Positions 9,569 to 17,649 of a DNA stretch of 64,000 bases are shown one piece after another. The notes below the pieces were generated by a model, which worked only from the letters and a program-made list of their open reading frames with translations, searched no databases and had not been told where the DNA came from. The stretch is from assembly GCA_002309255.1 (NCBI GenBank), contig DBXI01000076.1:30946-94945 (forward strand). The letters are read 5' to 3'. The stretch comes from Bacteroidales bacterium UBA1216. GTDB taxonomy: Bacteria > Bacteroidota > Bacteroidia > Bacteroidales > Paludibacteraceae. Position 1 is the first letter of the stretch. Each line of letters opens with the position of its first letter. Both the position numbers and the translations under genes were made by a program.

Positions 9569-10384
9569 ATGTCAGTACATACACAAAATACCCGCCTGAC
9601 GACCACTAAGATCCGTCAGATGAAACAAGTCGGTGAGAAGATCACCATGCTTACGTCGTACGACTTCACCTTAGCCCGTCTGGTGGATCAGGCAGGTGTG
9701 GAGATAATCCTGGTGGGCGACAGTGCGTCGAACATCGTGTGTGGCAACCAGTACACACTGCCCATCACGCTGGATGAAATGATCTTCCTGACGAAGGGTG
9801 TTGTTCGTGCCGCCGAGCATAGCCTGGTGGTAGCAGATATGCCTTTCGGTTCGTATCAGGTCCGCGATGACGAGGCGGTACGCAACGCCATCCGCATGCT
9901 CAAGGAGAGTGGTGCTGATGCCGTTAAGCTTGAGGGCGGGCAGGAGATAGCCGATGCCATCCGCAGGATGGTGGTTGCAGGTGTGCCTGTCTGCGGTCAT
10001 CTGGGGCTGACACCGCAGAGCGTGAACCAGCTGGGGGGATACGGACTGCGTGCTAAGGAAGAGGCGGAAGCGGAGAAGCTGATAGCTGATGCTCGCGCGC
10101 TGGATAAAGCAGGGTGCTTCTGCATCGTGCTGGAGAAGATCCCCGCCGCGCTGGCTGAGCGTGTGACCCGTGAGGTCAGTTGTCCGACAATAGGTATTGG
10201 TGCCGGAGCAGGAACCGACGGACAGGTGCTGGTGCTGCACGATATGCTCGGACTGAACGAAGGATTCAAGCCTAAGTTCCTCCGCCAGTTCGCACACCTG
10301 AATGAAGAGGTGCACAAGGCGCTGACCGCATACGTAGAGGCGGTGAAGGACAGCTCGTTCCCCTCCGCCGAGGAGAGCTACTGA
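9569..10384 (+). CDS. panB: 3-methyl-2-oxobutanoate hydroxymethyltransferase
   Basis: KITMLTSYDF, ILVGDSASN, KLEGG and GHLGLTPQS are KPHMT motifs. Confidence 0.93.
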   Translation: MSVHTQNTRLTTTKIRQMKQVGEKITMLTSYDFTLARLVDQAGVEIILVGDSASNIVCGNQYTLPITLDEMIFLTKGVVRAAEHSLVVADMPFGSYQVRDDEAVRNAIRMLKESGADAVKLEGGQEIADAIRRMVVAGVPVCGHLGLTPQSVNQLGGYGLRAKEEAEAEKLIADARALDKAGCFCIVLEKIPAALAERVTREVSCPTIGIGAGAGTDGQVLVLHDMLGLNEGFKPKFLRQFAHLNEEVHKALTAYVEAVKDSSFPSAEESY

Positions 10385-10447
10385 TAACTCAACCAAGTTG
10401 GGCTGATACAGACGCCCAATCATTAACCCTTTTATATATTTAATTCT

Positions 10448-10999
10448 ATGAGCAAGAAATTTATTTGCCCGATCTGTGGTTATGTACACGAGGGCACAGA
10501 GGCACCGGAGCGTTGTCCGCAGTGCAAACAAATCGTTGAGTGGAAAGTGGCTGACGAGAGCAAAGGTCTCGTTTTCGCCTGCGAACACGTAGTAGGCGTA
10601 GCCAAGGACGAGCAAGATCCAATCATCCGTGAGGGGCTGCGTGCTCACTTCATGGGCGAGTGCACCGAGGTAGGCCAGTACCTGGCTATGGCTCGTCAGG
10701 CCGACCGCGAGGGTTATCCTGAGATAGCTGCTGCGTTCCGTCAGTACGCTTACGAGGAGGCCGACCATGCATCGAAGTTTGCTGAGTTGCTCGGCGAGGT
10801 CGTTTGGGACACCAAGACCAACCTGGAAAAACGTATGCTGGCTGAGTCAGGCGCATGCGAGGACAAGCTGAAGATCGCTAAGCGCGCGAAAGAGCTGAAC
10901 CTGGATCCTATTCATGACACCGTTCACGAGATGGCTCGCGACGAGGCTCGTCACGGCGCTGGCTTCCAAGGGCTGTATAACCGGTACTTCAAGAAGTAA
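10448..10999 (+). CDS. rubrerythrin family protein with N-terminal rubredoxin-like Cys4 domain ('reverse' order)
   Basis: CPICGY...CPQC at the N-terminus, followed by a ferritin-like diiron domain with two ExxH motifs (EEADH, DEARH). Confidence 0.85.
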   Translation: MSKKFICPICGYVHEGTEAPERCPQCKQIVEWKVADESKGLVFACEHVVGVAKDEQDPIIREGLRAHFMGECTEVGQYLAMARQADREGYPEIAAAFRQYAYEEADHASKFAELLGEVVWDTKTNLEKRMLAESGACEDKLKIAKRAKELNLDPIHDTVHEMARDEARHGAGFQGLYNRYFKK

Positions 11000-11018
11000 T
11001 ACCTAATTGACTTACTAA

Positions 11019-11053
11019 ACACCCCACTATCGAGCATTTAGGTAGTGGGGTGT
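11019..11053. terminator. bidirectional intrinsic-terminator-like hairpin (11-bp stem)
   Basis: ACACCCCACTA (13-nt loop) TAGTGGGGTGT, between the convergent rubrerythrin and antiporter genes. Confidence 0.7.
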
Positions 11054-11082
11054 GTTTGTATATGCTGATGCATACAGTTTTG

Positions 11083-12084
11083 TTATAAGTACGGCATTAA
11101 GCGGTAGGTCAGGTAGCCGGCATAGATAAGTAGCAGTACGGCTCCACCCCAGCGCTTGATCTGGCGTTCATGGTTCGTCTTGATGAATAGCCAAACAAGT
11201 ATGCTGCCCGCAGCTACTACCCATGCATCGAGGTTGATCCCGTCGTAGGCAGGCAGCGGGCGAACAATAGCGCTGGAGGCCAACACGAAGAACACGTTGA
11301 AGATATTACTGCCTATCACGTTTCCGAGAGCTATGTCGCTGTTGTGCTTGAATGCAGCCATGGCTGAAGTCGCCAGTTCGGGCAGTGAGGTACCCAGCGC
11401 AACAACCGTAAGACCGATGATAGACTCTGATACACCGAGGTTAGTGGCTATCTGCACGGCCGACTTCACAATCATCTCGCCACCAATAACAAGCCCAGCA
11501 AAGCCTACCAGTACAAGTGTGATCGCTAAACCCACACCAATCGGTTTGGTAGTTCCGGCTGGTTCTATCTCGTCAGGATGATCCTTCGCGTGGCGGAAGG
11601 TGTTATATAGGAAGTAGCAGAACAGCAAGAGCAGGATGATGCCACCCATGCGTGTTATACCGCGACACTCCTCGCCAAATGGCGACTCTACCGCCACGCA
11701 GGCAAACACAAGCACACCGGCGATGATCGACATCGGTATATCGAAGTCGCGAGAACGCTGCTGCGAGGTGACAGGCCAAATCAGTGCCGTTACACCTAAG
11801 ATAACGAACGTGTTGATGATGTTCGAGCCGAGGATGTTCGTGATAGCCAGATCGGTCGTTCCCTCTGCTACGGACACCATGTTCACAACGAACTCGGGCA
11901 TCGAGGTGCCGAAAGCCACTACGGTCAGGCCGATCACCAGATCGCTTATACCAAAGCGCTTGGCTATAGCCGATGCGCCATCCACCAGCCAGTCTGCACC
12001 CTTGACGAGCAGCACTAGACCGATGATCAGCATCGCAGCCAGCAAGTAGGGGTTACTTATGCAGTATGATAAGATATTATTCAT
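11083..12084 (-). CDS. calcium/sodium antiporter (CaCA / YrbG family)
   Basis: Two alpha-repeat motifs (GTSMPEF and GTSLPEL...GNVIGSNIFN) and about 10 TM segments. Confidence 0.88.
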   Translation of the reverse strand: MNNILSYCISNPYLLAAMLIIGLVLLVKGADWLVDGASAIAKRFGISDLVIGLTVVAFGTSMPEFVVNMVSVAEGTTDLAITNILGSNIINTFVILGVTALIWPVTSQQRSRDFDIPMSIIAGVLVFACVAVESPFGEECRGITRMGGIILLLLFCYFLYNTFRHAKDHPDEIEPAGTTKPIGVGLAITLVLVGFAGLVIGGEMIVKSAVQIATNLGVSESIIGLTVVALGTSLPELATSAMAAFKHNSDIALGNVIGSNIFNVFFVLASSAIVRPLPAYDGINLDAWVVAAGSILVWLFIKTNHERQIKRWGGAVLLLIYAGYLTYRLMPYL

Positions 12085-12090
12085 ATTAGT

Positions 12091-12125
12091 CTTTGCTCTT
12101 TCAGCGAAGCGGCCTTTGCTCTTTC
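12091..12125. repeat. direct repeat CTTTGCTCTTTC x2 (23-bp period) in the antiporter 5' leader
   Basis: Copies at 12091-12102 and 12114-12125. The sense (minus) strand reads GAAAGAGCAAAG twice, just upstream of the ATG at 12084. Confidence 0.85.
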
Positions 12126-12147
12126 TGCAGCCATGTTTGGCTGCGGT

Positions 12148-13254
12148 CTATACGTTGAATAGGAAGTGCATGATATCTCCGTCCTGCACAACATAGTCCT
12201 TGCCCTCTACAGCAAGCTTACCTGCTTGTCGGCACGCAGCCTCGCCGCCCAGGGCGATGAAATCCTCGTACTTGATCACCTCCGCGCGGATGAAACCTCG
12301 CTCAAAATCCGTGTGGATCACACCGGCGCATTGCGGTGCTTTGGCGCCTGCACGAAACGTCCAGGCACGCACCTCGTCGCTACCCGCGGTGAGGAACGTG
12401 CGGAGGTTAAGCAGCGCATAAGCCGCCTTGATCAAACGGTTGACACCCGACTCTTGCAGACCGATTTCCTCAAGGAACATCTGTCGCTCCTCATAGGTCT
12501 CCAACTCGGCTATCTCGCTCTCGATCTTTGCTGCCACAACAAGCACCTCGGCTTGTTCATCCTTAACTGCCTCGCGCACCTTATCCACGTAAGCGTTGCC
12601 GCTGATGGCTGAACCTTCGTCCACATTGCATACGTACAGCACGGGTTTGTTCGTCAGCAGGAATAGGTCGTGTGCCGCCAGCTCCTCGTCCTTGTTCTGC
12701 AGTTCGACCGTACGGGCAGACTTGCCTTGCGACAGAGCGTCGCGATAACGGATATACAACTCCAGTGCGGTCTTCGCCTGCTTGTCGCCACCCACGCGCA
12801 CCTGTTTCTCTATCTTCTGTATGCGGCTCTCGATGGTCTCCAGATCCTTAAGCTGCAGCTCTGCATCAATCACCTCCTTATCGCGCACGGGATCAACACT
12901 GCCATCAACATGAATCACGTTCCCGTCGTCAAAGCAACGCAGCACGTGGATGATCGCATCCGTCTCGCGGATATTAGCCAGGAACTTGTTACCAAGACCT
13001 TCGCCATTGCTCGCACCCTTTACTAAGCCGGCTATATCGACGATCTCCATCGTAGTGGGGATCACGCCACGCTCGGGGTGGCACAACTCGCCCAGACGGT
13101 TAAGACGCTCATCGGGAACAGTGATCACACCCAGGTTGGGCTCTATGGTGCAGAAGGGAAAATTGGCGGACTGCGCTTTAGCGTTGCTCAAACAATTAAA
13201 CAAAGTGGATTTGCCGACATTGGGCAATCCTACTATTCCGCATTGTAGTGACAT
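12148..13254 (-). CDS. ychF: redox-regulated ATPase YchF
   Basis: MSLQCGIVGLPNVGKSTLFN P-loop, TGS-like C-terminus, 368 aa. Confidence 0.95.
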   Translation of the reverse strand: MSLQCGIVGLPNVGKSTLFNCLSNAKAQSANFPFCTIEPNLGVITVPDERLNRLGELCHPERGVIPTTMEIVDIAGLVKGASNGEGLGNKFLANIRETDAIIHVLRCFDDGNVIHVDGSVDPVRDKEVIDAELQLKDLETIESRIQKIEKQVRVGGDKQAKTALELYIRYRDALSQGKSARTVELQNKDEELAAHDLFLLTNKPVLYVCNVDEGSAISGNAYVDKVREAVKDEQAEVLVVAAKIESEIAELETYEERQMFLEEIGLQESGVNRLIKAAYALLNLRTFLTAGSDEVRAWTFRAGAKAPQCAGVIHTDFERGFIRAEVIKYEDFIALGGEAACRQAGKLAVEGKDYVVQDGDIMHFLFNV

Positions 13255-13294
13255 CTTGAGATATTCAAAGATTTAATGATTCAAATTTCAATGA

Positions 13295-14695
13295 TTAGAA
13301 GCCCGAATACACTACTTCCAGCTCCAGCTTGTACTGCGGGTGTTGAGCACTGTAGATCTCCGTAGCTGTAAGTGATTGATTGTAACTCACATCCGTAATT
13401 GTATACGATGTAGAGGTGCTTGTTGTACTGATGCTTACCGGCACAAGTAGCATCTCCAGCGTCTCGTATCTATCCTCGCGCAGTTGCTCGGTGAGCAGGG
13501 TGGACAGGTCGAACTCATACGAGTACGTTGTTACATCCAGTGTGTCCGTCTGTGACTGCAAGGTGGCATACATCGCTATGCTGTCGGACAGGACGATCTC
13601 ATCGTTGAAGAGCCGCTCAAGGTCACCCTTGCGGATGAGCAGCATGTTCTGCGCCGGCTGCGCCCAATCGTCGCGCGTGCGCTGCGAGGCAACACCATCG
13701 TAGTGGTTGAGCACGGGTAGGGATATATGCGCGCGGTTCACATAGGCTCGACGTGAGCCCACCGCCTGGGTGATCGACTCCTTCATCGCCGACATCGGGA
13801 ATGACAGCTGCGTGTAGATATGTGCCGGAGAGATGATGAAGTTCGTATCCGGATTTTGCTCCAGCGCCTGCAGATCGCTCTCTTGCCATACATAGCGGTT
13901 GAGCTGACGCACCTCGCGGTTGGCATACAAGCCTTTCATGTCCTGTTCAACTATAGTATCTACGCCTGCGCGCAAATAGGGGAAGTGGTAGTAGATCGCC
14001 ATGTTCACATCTATGATACTCAACAGCGTTGCACCACCGAACTCGGGCGTGATATATACACCGAAGAACTGCTTGTTGAACGCCTCCTGCGACGAGTAGT
14101 CGCTCAGCGAAAACATCTTCTTCGCCCACTGATCGTTGAGCCGCAATGTGATTGTTGGGATATACTGCTCCGAATTGTACGTACTATCCGTATAACGGTT
14201 GGCTGTAATTATTGCCGGACGATCCAACATCCGCGTCGAATCATCCATACTGCAGAACACATCGATCGCCGTGTCGCTGCGCAGAGGCTCGTTATAGGCA
14301 AACGTAGCACGATCCATCGCGTAGGCATTGATGGCCAAAGGTGCATTCCCGTCGCCGTATGCATTGCGGTAGTATAGGAACAGACAAACCGAGTCCAGCT
14401 CTGCACCCTCCGGAAAACGGAAACCAATAGGGCAAGCCAACTGCGTCAGCAGATCGGCGTGCAGATGGCCGTACTTGCTGTCCAACTCACCTATCATGAA
14501 CGAATCAGGCGTAGCGGTAACAGCACCACCACGGACCAGCGCCGACGTCAGACTGAACGTGTCGGAACGAACGATGATGGAGTCCTCCGACTCCAGCACA
14601 GAAGCACCCGCGCTCACTACATCGTCCTTACACGATGAAAAACTGATTAGCAGAACTGCTAACAGAGGAAAAACAATCTTTATCTTACGAATCAT
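13295..14695 (-). CDS. DUF4270-like lipoprotein
   Basis: Lipobox (LLISFSSC). Sequence pattern and position downstream of the short glycogen-synthase-like gene match the Bacteroidetes DUF4270 family, from memory. Confidence 0.65.
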   Translation of the reverse strand: MIRKIKIVFPLLAVLLISFSSCKDDVVSAGASVLESEDSIIVRSDTFSLTSALVRGGAVTATPDSFMIGELDSKYGHLHADLLTQLACPIGFRFPEGAELDSVCLFLYYRNAYGDGNAPLAINAYAMDRATFAYNEPLRSDTAIDVFCSMDDSTRMLDRPAIITANRYTDSTYNSEQYIPTITLRLNDQWAKKMFSLSDYSSQEAFNKQFFGVYITPEFGGATLLSIIDVNMAIYYHFPYLRAGVDTIVEQDMKGLYANREVRQLNRYVWQESDLQALEQNPDTNFIISPAHIYTQLSFPMSAMKESITQAVGSRRAYVNRAHISLPVLNHYDGVASQRTRDDWAQPAQNMLLIRKGDLERLFNDEIVLSDSIAMYATLQSQTDTLDVTTYSYEFDLSTLLTEQLREDRYETLEMLLVPVSISTTSTSTSYTITDVSYNQSLTATEIYSAQHPQYKLELEVVYSGF

Positions 14696-14697
14696 TG

Positions 14698-15543
14698 TTA
14701 CTCAAGCAAGTCATTGTACAGGGACATAAACTCCGCGGCTTCTACGCCTGCCATGTGGCGCACCTTTTTGCCCCTATTCTCCGCATAGTTAACCAATCGG
14801 GCGTTGTATTGCGGCGTGACGGTGATCACTGCATCCGCATAGTCAATGGCCAAATGCATCAGCTCCTCGTAACCCACTGGCAGACCGGCTATCGAGCGCA
14901 CATCATTGCCCAGCACACCGTCGATGACCAGTTTGTCAGCAAAATGCGAGCCGAACGGAGAAACGTACTCCTGATCATCCAGAGCAACGATCACCTTCGA
15001 CTCGGCAAAGAACGGCGTTGTTCCGAATGCTTTCTTCACATACAACGGCACCAGGGCGGACATCCAACCCGAACATTGGATCACACTCGGAGCCCAACGA
15101 AGCTTCTCAATCGTATCTAACACGCCCCGGCAGTAAAAGATCGTACGTACATCATTGTCCGAATACTCTACACCAAACGCATCCTTCAATCCTCGACGAT
15201 GCTGGAACAGATCCTCGTTGTCAATAAAATAGATCTGGATCCTTGCCGCCTGAATACTCGCCACCTTGATCAGTAGCGGATGATCGACATCGTCAATCGA
15301 CATGTTCATGCCCGACAGACGAATCACATCGTGCAACTGATACCGACGCTCGTTGATCTCGCCGAACTTGGGCATGAAGGTGCGAGTCTCATATCCGCTC
15401 GCCTGACAAATCTCAGGTAGCATCCTATTCAGCAAACGAACAGGAGTCTGTTCCTCAAAGAACGGACATATCTCCTGGCTCACATACAAGATTCGATTGG
15501 CACTCTTCATTTCCTTGTCCTCCATTTTTGCACTTTGGAACAA
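14698..15543 (-). CDS. short glycogen/starch synthase-like protein (GT5 N-terminal domain only)
   Basis: RILYVSQEICPF... is a GT5-like N-terminus. Conserved divergent pairing with panC in Bacteroidetes. Start is ambiguous, with in-frame ATGs at 15543, 15525 and 15510. Confidence 0.65.
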   Translation of the reverse strand: MFQSAKMEDKEMKSANRILYVSQEICPFFEEQTPVRLLNRMLPEICQASGYETRTFMPKFGEINERRYQLHDVIRLSGMNMSIDDVDHPLLIKVASIQAARIQIYFIDNEDLFQHRRGLKDAFGVEYSDNDVRTIFYCRGVLDTIEKLRWAPSVIQCSGWMSALVPLYVKKAFGTTPFFAESKVIVALDDQEYVSPFGSHFADKLVIDGVLGNDVRSIAGLPVGYEELMHLAIDYADAVITVTPQYNARLVNYAENRGKKVRHMAGVEAAEFMSLYNDLLE

Positions 15544-15592
15544 ATTTTGTCATTTTCTGTTCAAAAAATGCGCTTTATTGGCTAATTTAGTG

Positions 15593-15600
15593 CAAAGGTA
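15593..15600 (-). promoter_or_regulatory. -7 box TACCTTTG (minus strand), with -33 TTTG at 15621-15624
   Basis: Reverse complement of caaaggta. TTTG lies exactly 20 nt upstream, inside aaatttgcaaaag. Drives the glycogen-synthase-like gene. Confidence 0.65.
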
Positions 15601-15664
15601 CAAAAAAAAAACGACTTTTGCAAATTTTTTCTCAAAAAAACTTTTAAATATCGATTTTTTTTTG

Positions 15665-15672
15665 TATTTTTG
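15665..15672 (+). promoter_or_regulatory. candidate -7 box TATTTTTG for panC
   Basis: TAnnTTTG match 43 nt upstream of the panC ATG in an AT-rich divergent spacer. No clear -33 element. Confidence 0.4.
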
Positions 15673-15714
15673 TAGGTTTTTTGAAAAGTATTGATTTTTG
15701 AACAATAAAAATAT

Positions 15715-16578
15715 ATGCAAATCATAACAACCAAGGCAGAGTTGGAGCATAGTATCCAAGCCTGCAAGATGAAAGGTCAGACTGTCGGATTAGTGCCGAC
15801 TATGGGTGCTCTGCATGAGGGACATGCGTCGCTCGTTCGCCGGTGTGCAAGCGAGAATGATGTAACCGTTGTCAGCGTGTTTGTCAACCCTACGCAGTTC
15901 AACAACAAGGAGGATCTGGCCAAGTACCCGCGTTCGCTACAGCGGGACGCAGAGTTGCTAAATAGCATCGGCGCGCACTTCGTCTTCGCGCCTACGCCCG
16001 AAGAAATGTACACCGCCGAAGAGATGAACGAACCATTCAAGTTTGATTTTGGCGGACTTGACGAGATGATGGAAGGTGCTATGCGACCCGGACACTTCAA
16101 TGGAGTTGTACAAGTCGTTTCGCGACTCTTCTATCTCGTCAAACCCGACCGCGCCTACTTCGGCGAAAAGGATTATCAGCAGCTCGCAATCATCCGATTC
16201 ATGGTGGAGCGCTCGGCACTCGCCGGAACATTCGGCAACTTAACCATCGTCGGATGTCCCATCGTACGCGAGCAATCCGGCTTAGCCCTCTCCTCGCGTA
16301 ACGAACGACTCTCCGCCGAACAGAAACAGATCGCACTGGGCATCTCAAAGACGCTTTTCGACTCGCTCCGGTGGGCTAAAGAACCGAACGCATCCGTCCT
16401 CGCAGTCCAGCAGCGAGTGGTGGAAAACATCAACGCTATTCATGGGCTTGAGGTAGAGTACTACCAGATTGTGGATCAGACAACACTTCTGCCCACAGAC
16501 ACCTTCAATCACGCTATTGGCTGTGTGACCGTCTACTGTGGCGCAGTCCGACTGATCGACAACATCAAATACTGCTAA
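15715..16578 (+). CDS. panC: pantoate--beta-alanine ligase
   Basis: GLVPTMGALHEGHASLV, VSVFVNPTQF and FGEKDYQQ motifs. Confidence 0.95.
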   Translation: MQIITTKAELEHSIQACKMKGQTVGLVPTMGALHEGHASLVRRCASENDVTVVSVFVNPTQFNNKEDLAKYPRSLQRDAELLNSIGAHFVFAPTPEEMYTAEEMNEPFKFDFGGLDEMMEGAMRPGHFNGVVQVVSRLFYLVKPDRAYFGEKDYQQLAIIRFMVERSALAGTFGNLTIVGCPIVREQSGLALSSRNERLSAEQKQIALGISKTLFDSLRWAKEPNASVLAVQQRVVENINAIHGLEVEYYQIVDQTTLLPTDTFNHAIGCVTVYCGAVRLIDNIKYC

Positions 16579-16597
16579 CTGAAAACGGCGACTTTGG

Positions 16598-16696
16598 TCG
16601 AGACTGCTTCGAGACTTTATCGAGGTTTTACCGAGGTTTTGTCGAGACCACCCTAGACAATACTCGAGACATCTTCGAGACATTCTCGAGACTATC
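16598..16696 (+). repeat. 9 x 11-bp phased array with 7-bp core TCGAGAC
   Basis: Unit starts are at 16598, 16609, 16620, 16631, 16642, 16653, 16664, 16675 and 16686, exactly 11 bp apart. Cores read TCGAGAC, TCGAGAC, TCGAGGT, CCGAGGT, TCGAGAC, CTAGACA, TCGAGAC, TCGAGAC, TCGAGAC, with variable 4-nt spacers. Confidence 0.95.
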
Positions 16697-16713
16697 ACGT
16701 ACCTGCTACATAC

Positions 16714-17646
16714 ATGAGAGTACTCATCGACAAATACATTCCGTTTCTGCAAGGCGTCTTAGACAGCTTTGTCGAGACTTGTTTCCTTGAACCTGAGGCC
16801 ATCACGCCTGACACGGTTCGGGATGTCGATGCGCTCATTTTGCGCACGCGCACGCGTTGTGACGCAGCTCTCCTATCCGGCAGCCGCGTGCAGTTCATCG
16901 CCACCGCCACCATCGGTACCGATCACATCGACCTCGACTACTGCCGCGAGCACAATATCCGCGTTGTCAGTTGCCCGGGCTGCAACGCACAAGCCGTCTG
17001 CGATTATTTAGAAGAAGTCCTCAACGAATCTTCAAAGCTTCAAATACTCAAATCTTCAAATACTCCTACCATCGGAGTAGTTGGAGTAGGACATGTCGGC
17101 TCATTGGTGGCTAAGATGGCTGAGCGCCGAGGCATGAATGTCGTCCTCAACGATCCGCCGCGCGGACTCCACGGAAACGTCACCACCTGCGACATCATCA
17201 CTTTCCACACGCCGCTCACACGTGAAGGACTCTATCCGACCTATCACCTCTGCGACACGGACTTCCTCGCCCGCTGCAAACATGGCGCACTCATCATCAA
17301 TGCCGCACGAGGAGGAGTGGTGGACGAACAGGCGCTACTCTGTAGCACGCAGCCGTTCGTCATTGATACCTGGGAAAACGAACCTCGTATCAATCCTGAA
17401 GTCCTCAGTCGCGCCTCGCTCGCATCTATGCACATAGCTGGATACTCCATCCAAGGAAAGCGCAACGCATCGCTGATGAGCCTCAACGCCTTGTGCAAGC
17501 ACTTCGACTTGCCGCCACTTACGCTCAATAGCGAGCAACTGCCGCAAGGCGATAACAACCCCGGATGGCTCAAACGCATATCCGACCAACTCAAAGCCAA
17601 CCCCGAACAATTTGAACAACTACGCAAAGAATATAAATTACGATAA
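16714..17646 (+). CDS. pdxB: 4-phosphoerythronate dehydrogenase (short form)
   Basis: D-2-hydroxyacid dehydrogenase fold with a PdxB-like N-terminus (IDKYIPF..., ATIGTDHIDLDYC) and NAD motif GVVGVGHVG. 310 aa, so it lacks the enterobacterial C-terminal dimerisation domain. Confidence 0.8.
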   Translation: MRVLIDKYIPFLQGVLDSFVETCFLEPEAITPDTVRDVDALILRTRTRCDAALLSGSRVQFIATATIGTDHIDLDYCREHNIRVVSCPGCNAQAVCDYLEEVLNESSKLQILKSSNTPTIGVVGVGHVGSLVAKMAERRGMNVVLNDPPRGLHGNVTTCDIITFHTPLTREGLYPTYHLCDTDFLARCKHGALIINAARGGVVDEQALLCSTQPFVIDTWENEPRINPEVLSRASLASMHIAGYSIQGKRNASLMSLNALCKHFDLPPLTLNSEQLPQGDNNPGWLKRISDQLKANPEQFEQLRKEYKLR

Positions 17647-17649
17647 TAT

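Noticed and set aside
9671-10768. 365-aa minus-strand ORF spanning panB and the rubrerythrin gene
   Set aside because: It is antisense to two confidently identified genes and crosses their intergenic spacer. No recognisable motifs.
15497-15767. Small ORFs (61-69 aa) in the glycogen-synthase-like / panC divergent spacer
   Set aside because: This is an AT-rich promoter region with low-complexity Lys/Phe-rich translations that overlap the identified -7/-33 boxes.
16598-16696. Possible CRISPR array (also considered for 43435-43489 and the heptad arrays)
   Set aside because: The units are 7-11 bp with 0-4 nt spacers. CRISPR repeats are about 24-48 bp with unique spacers of about 26-72 bp. No cas genes lie in the window.
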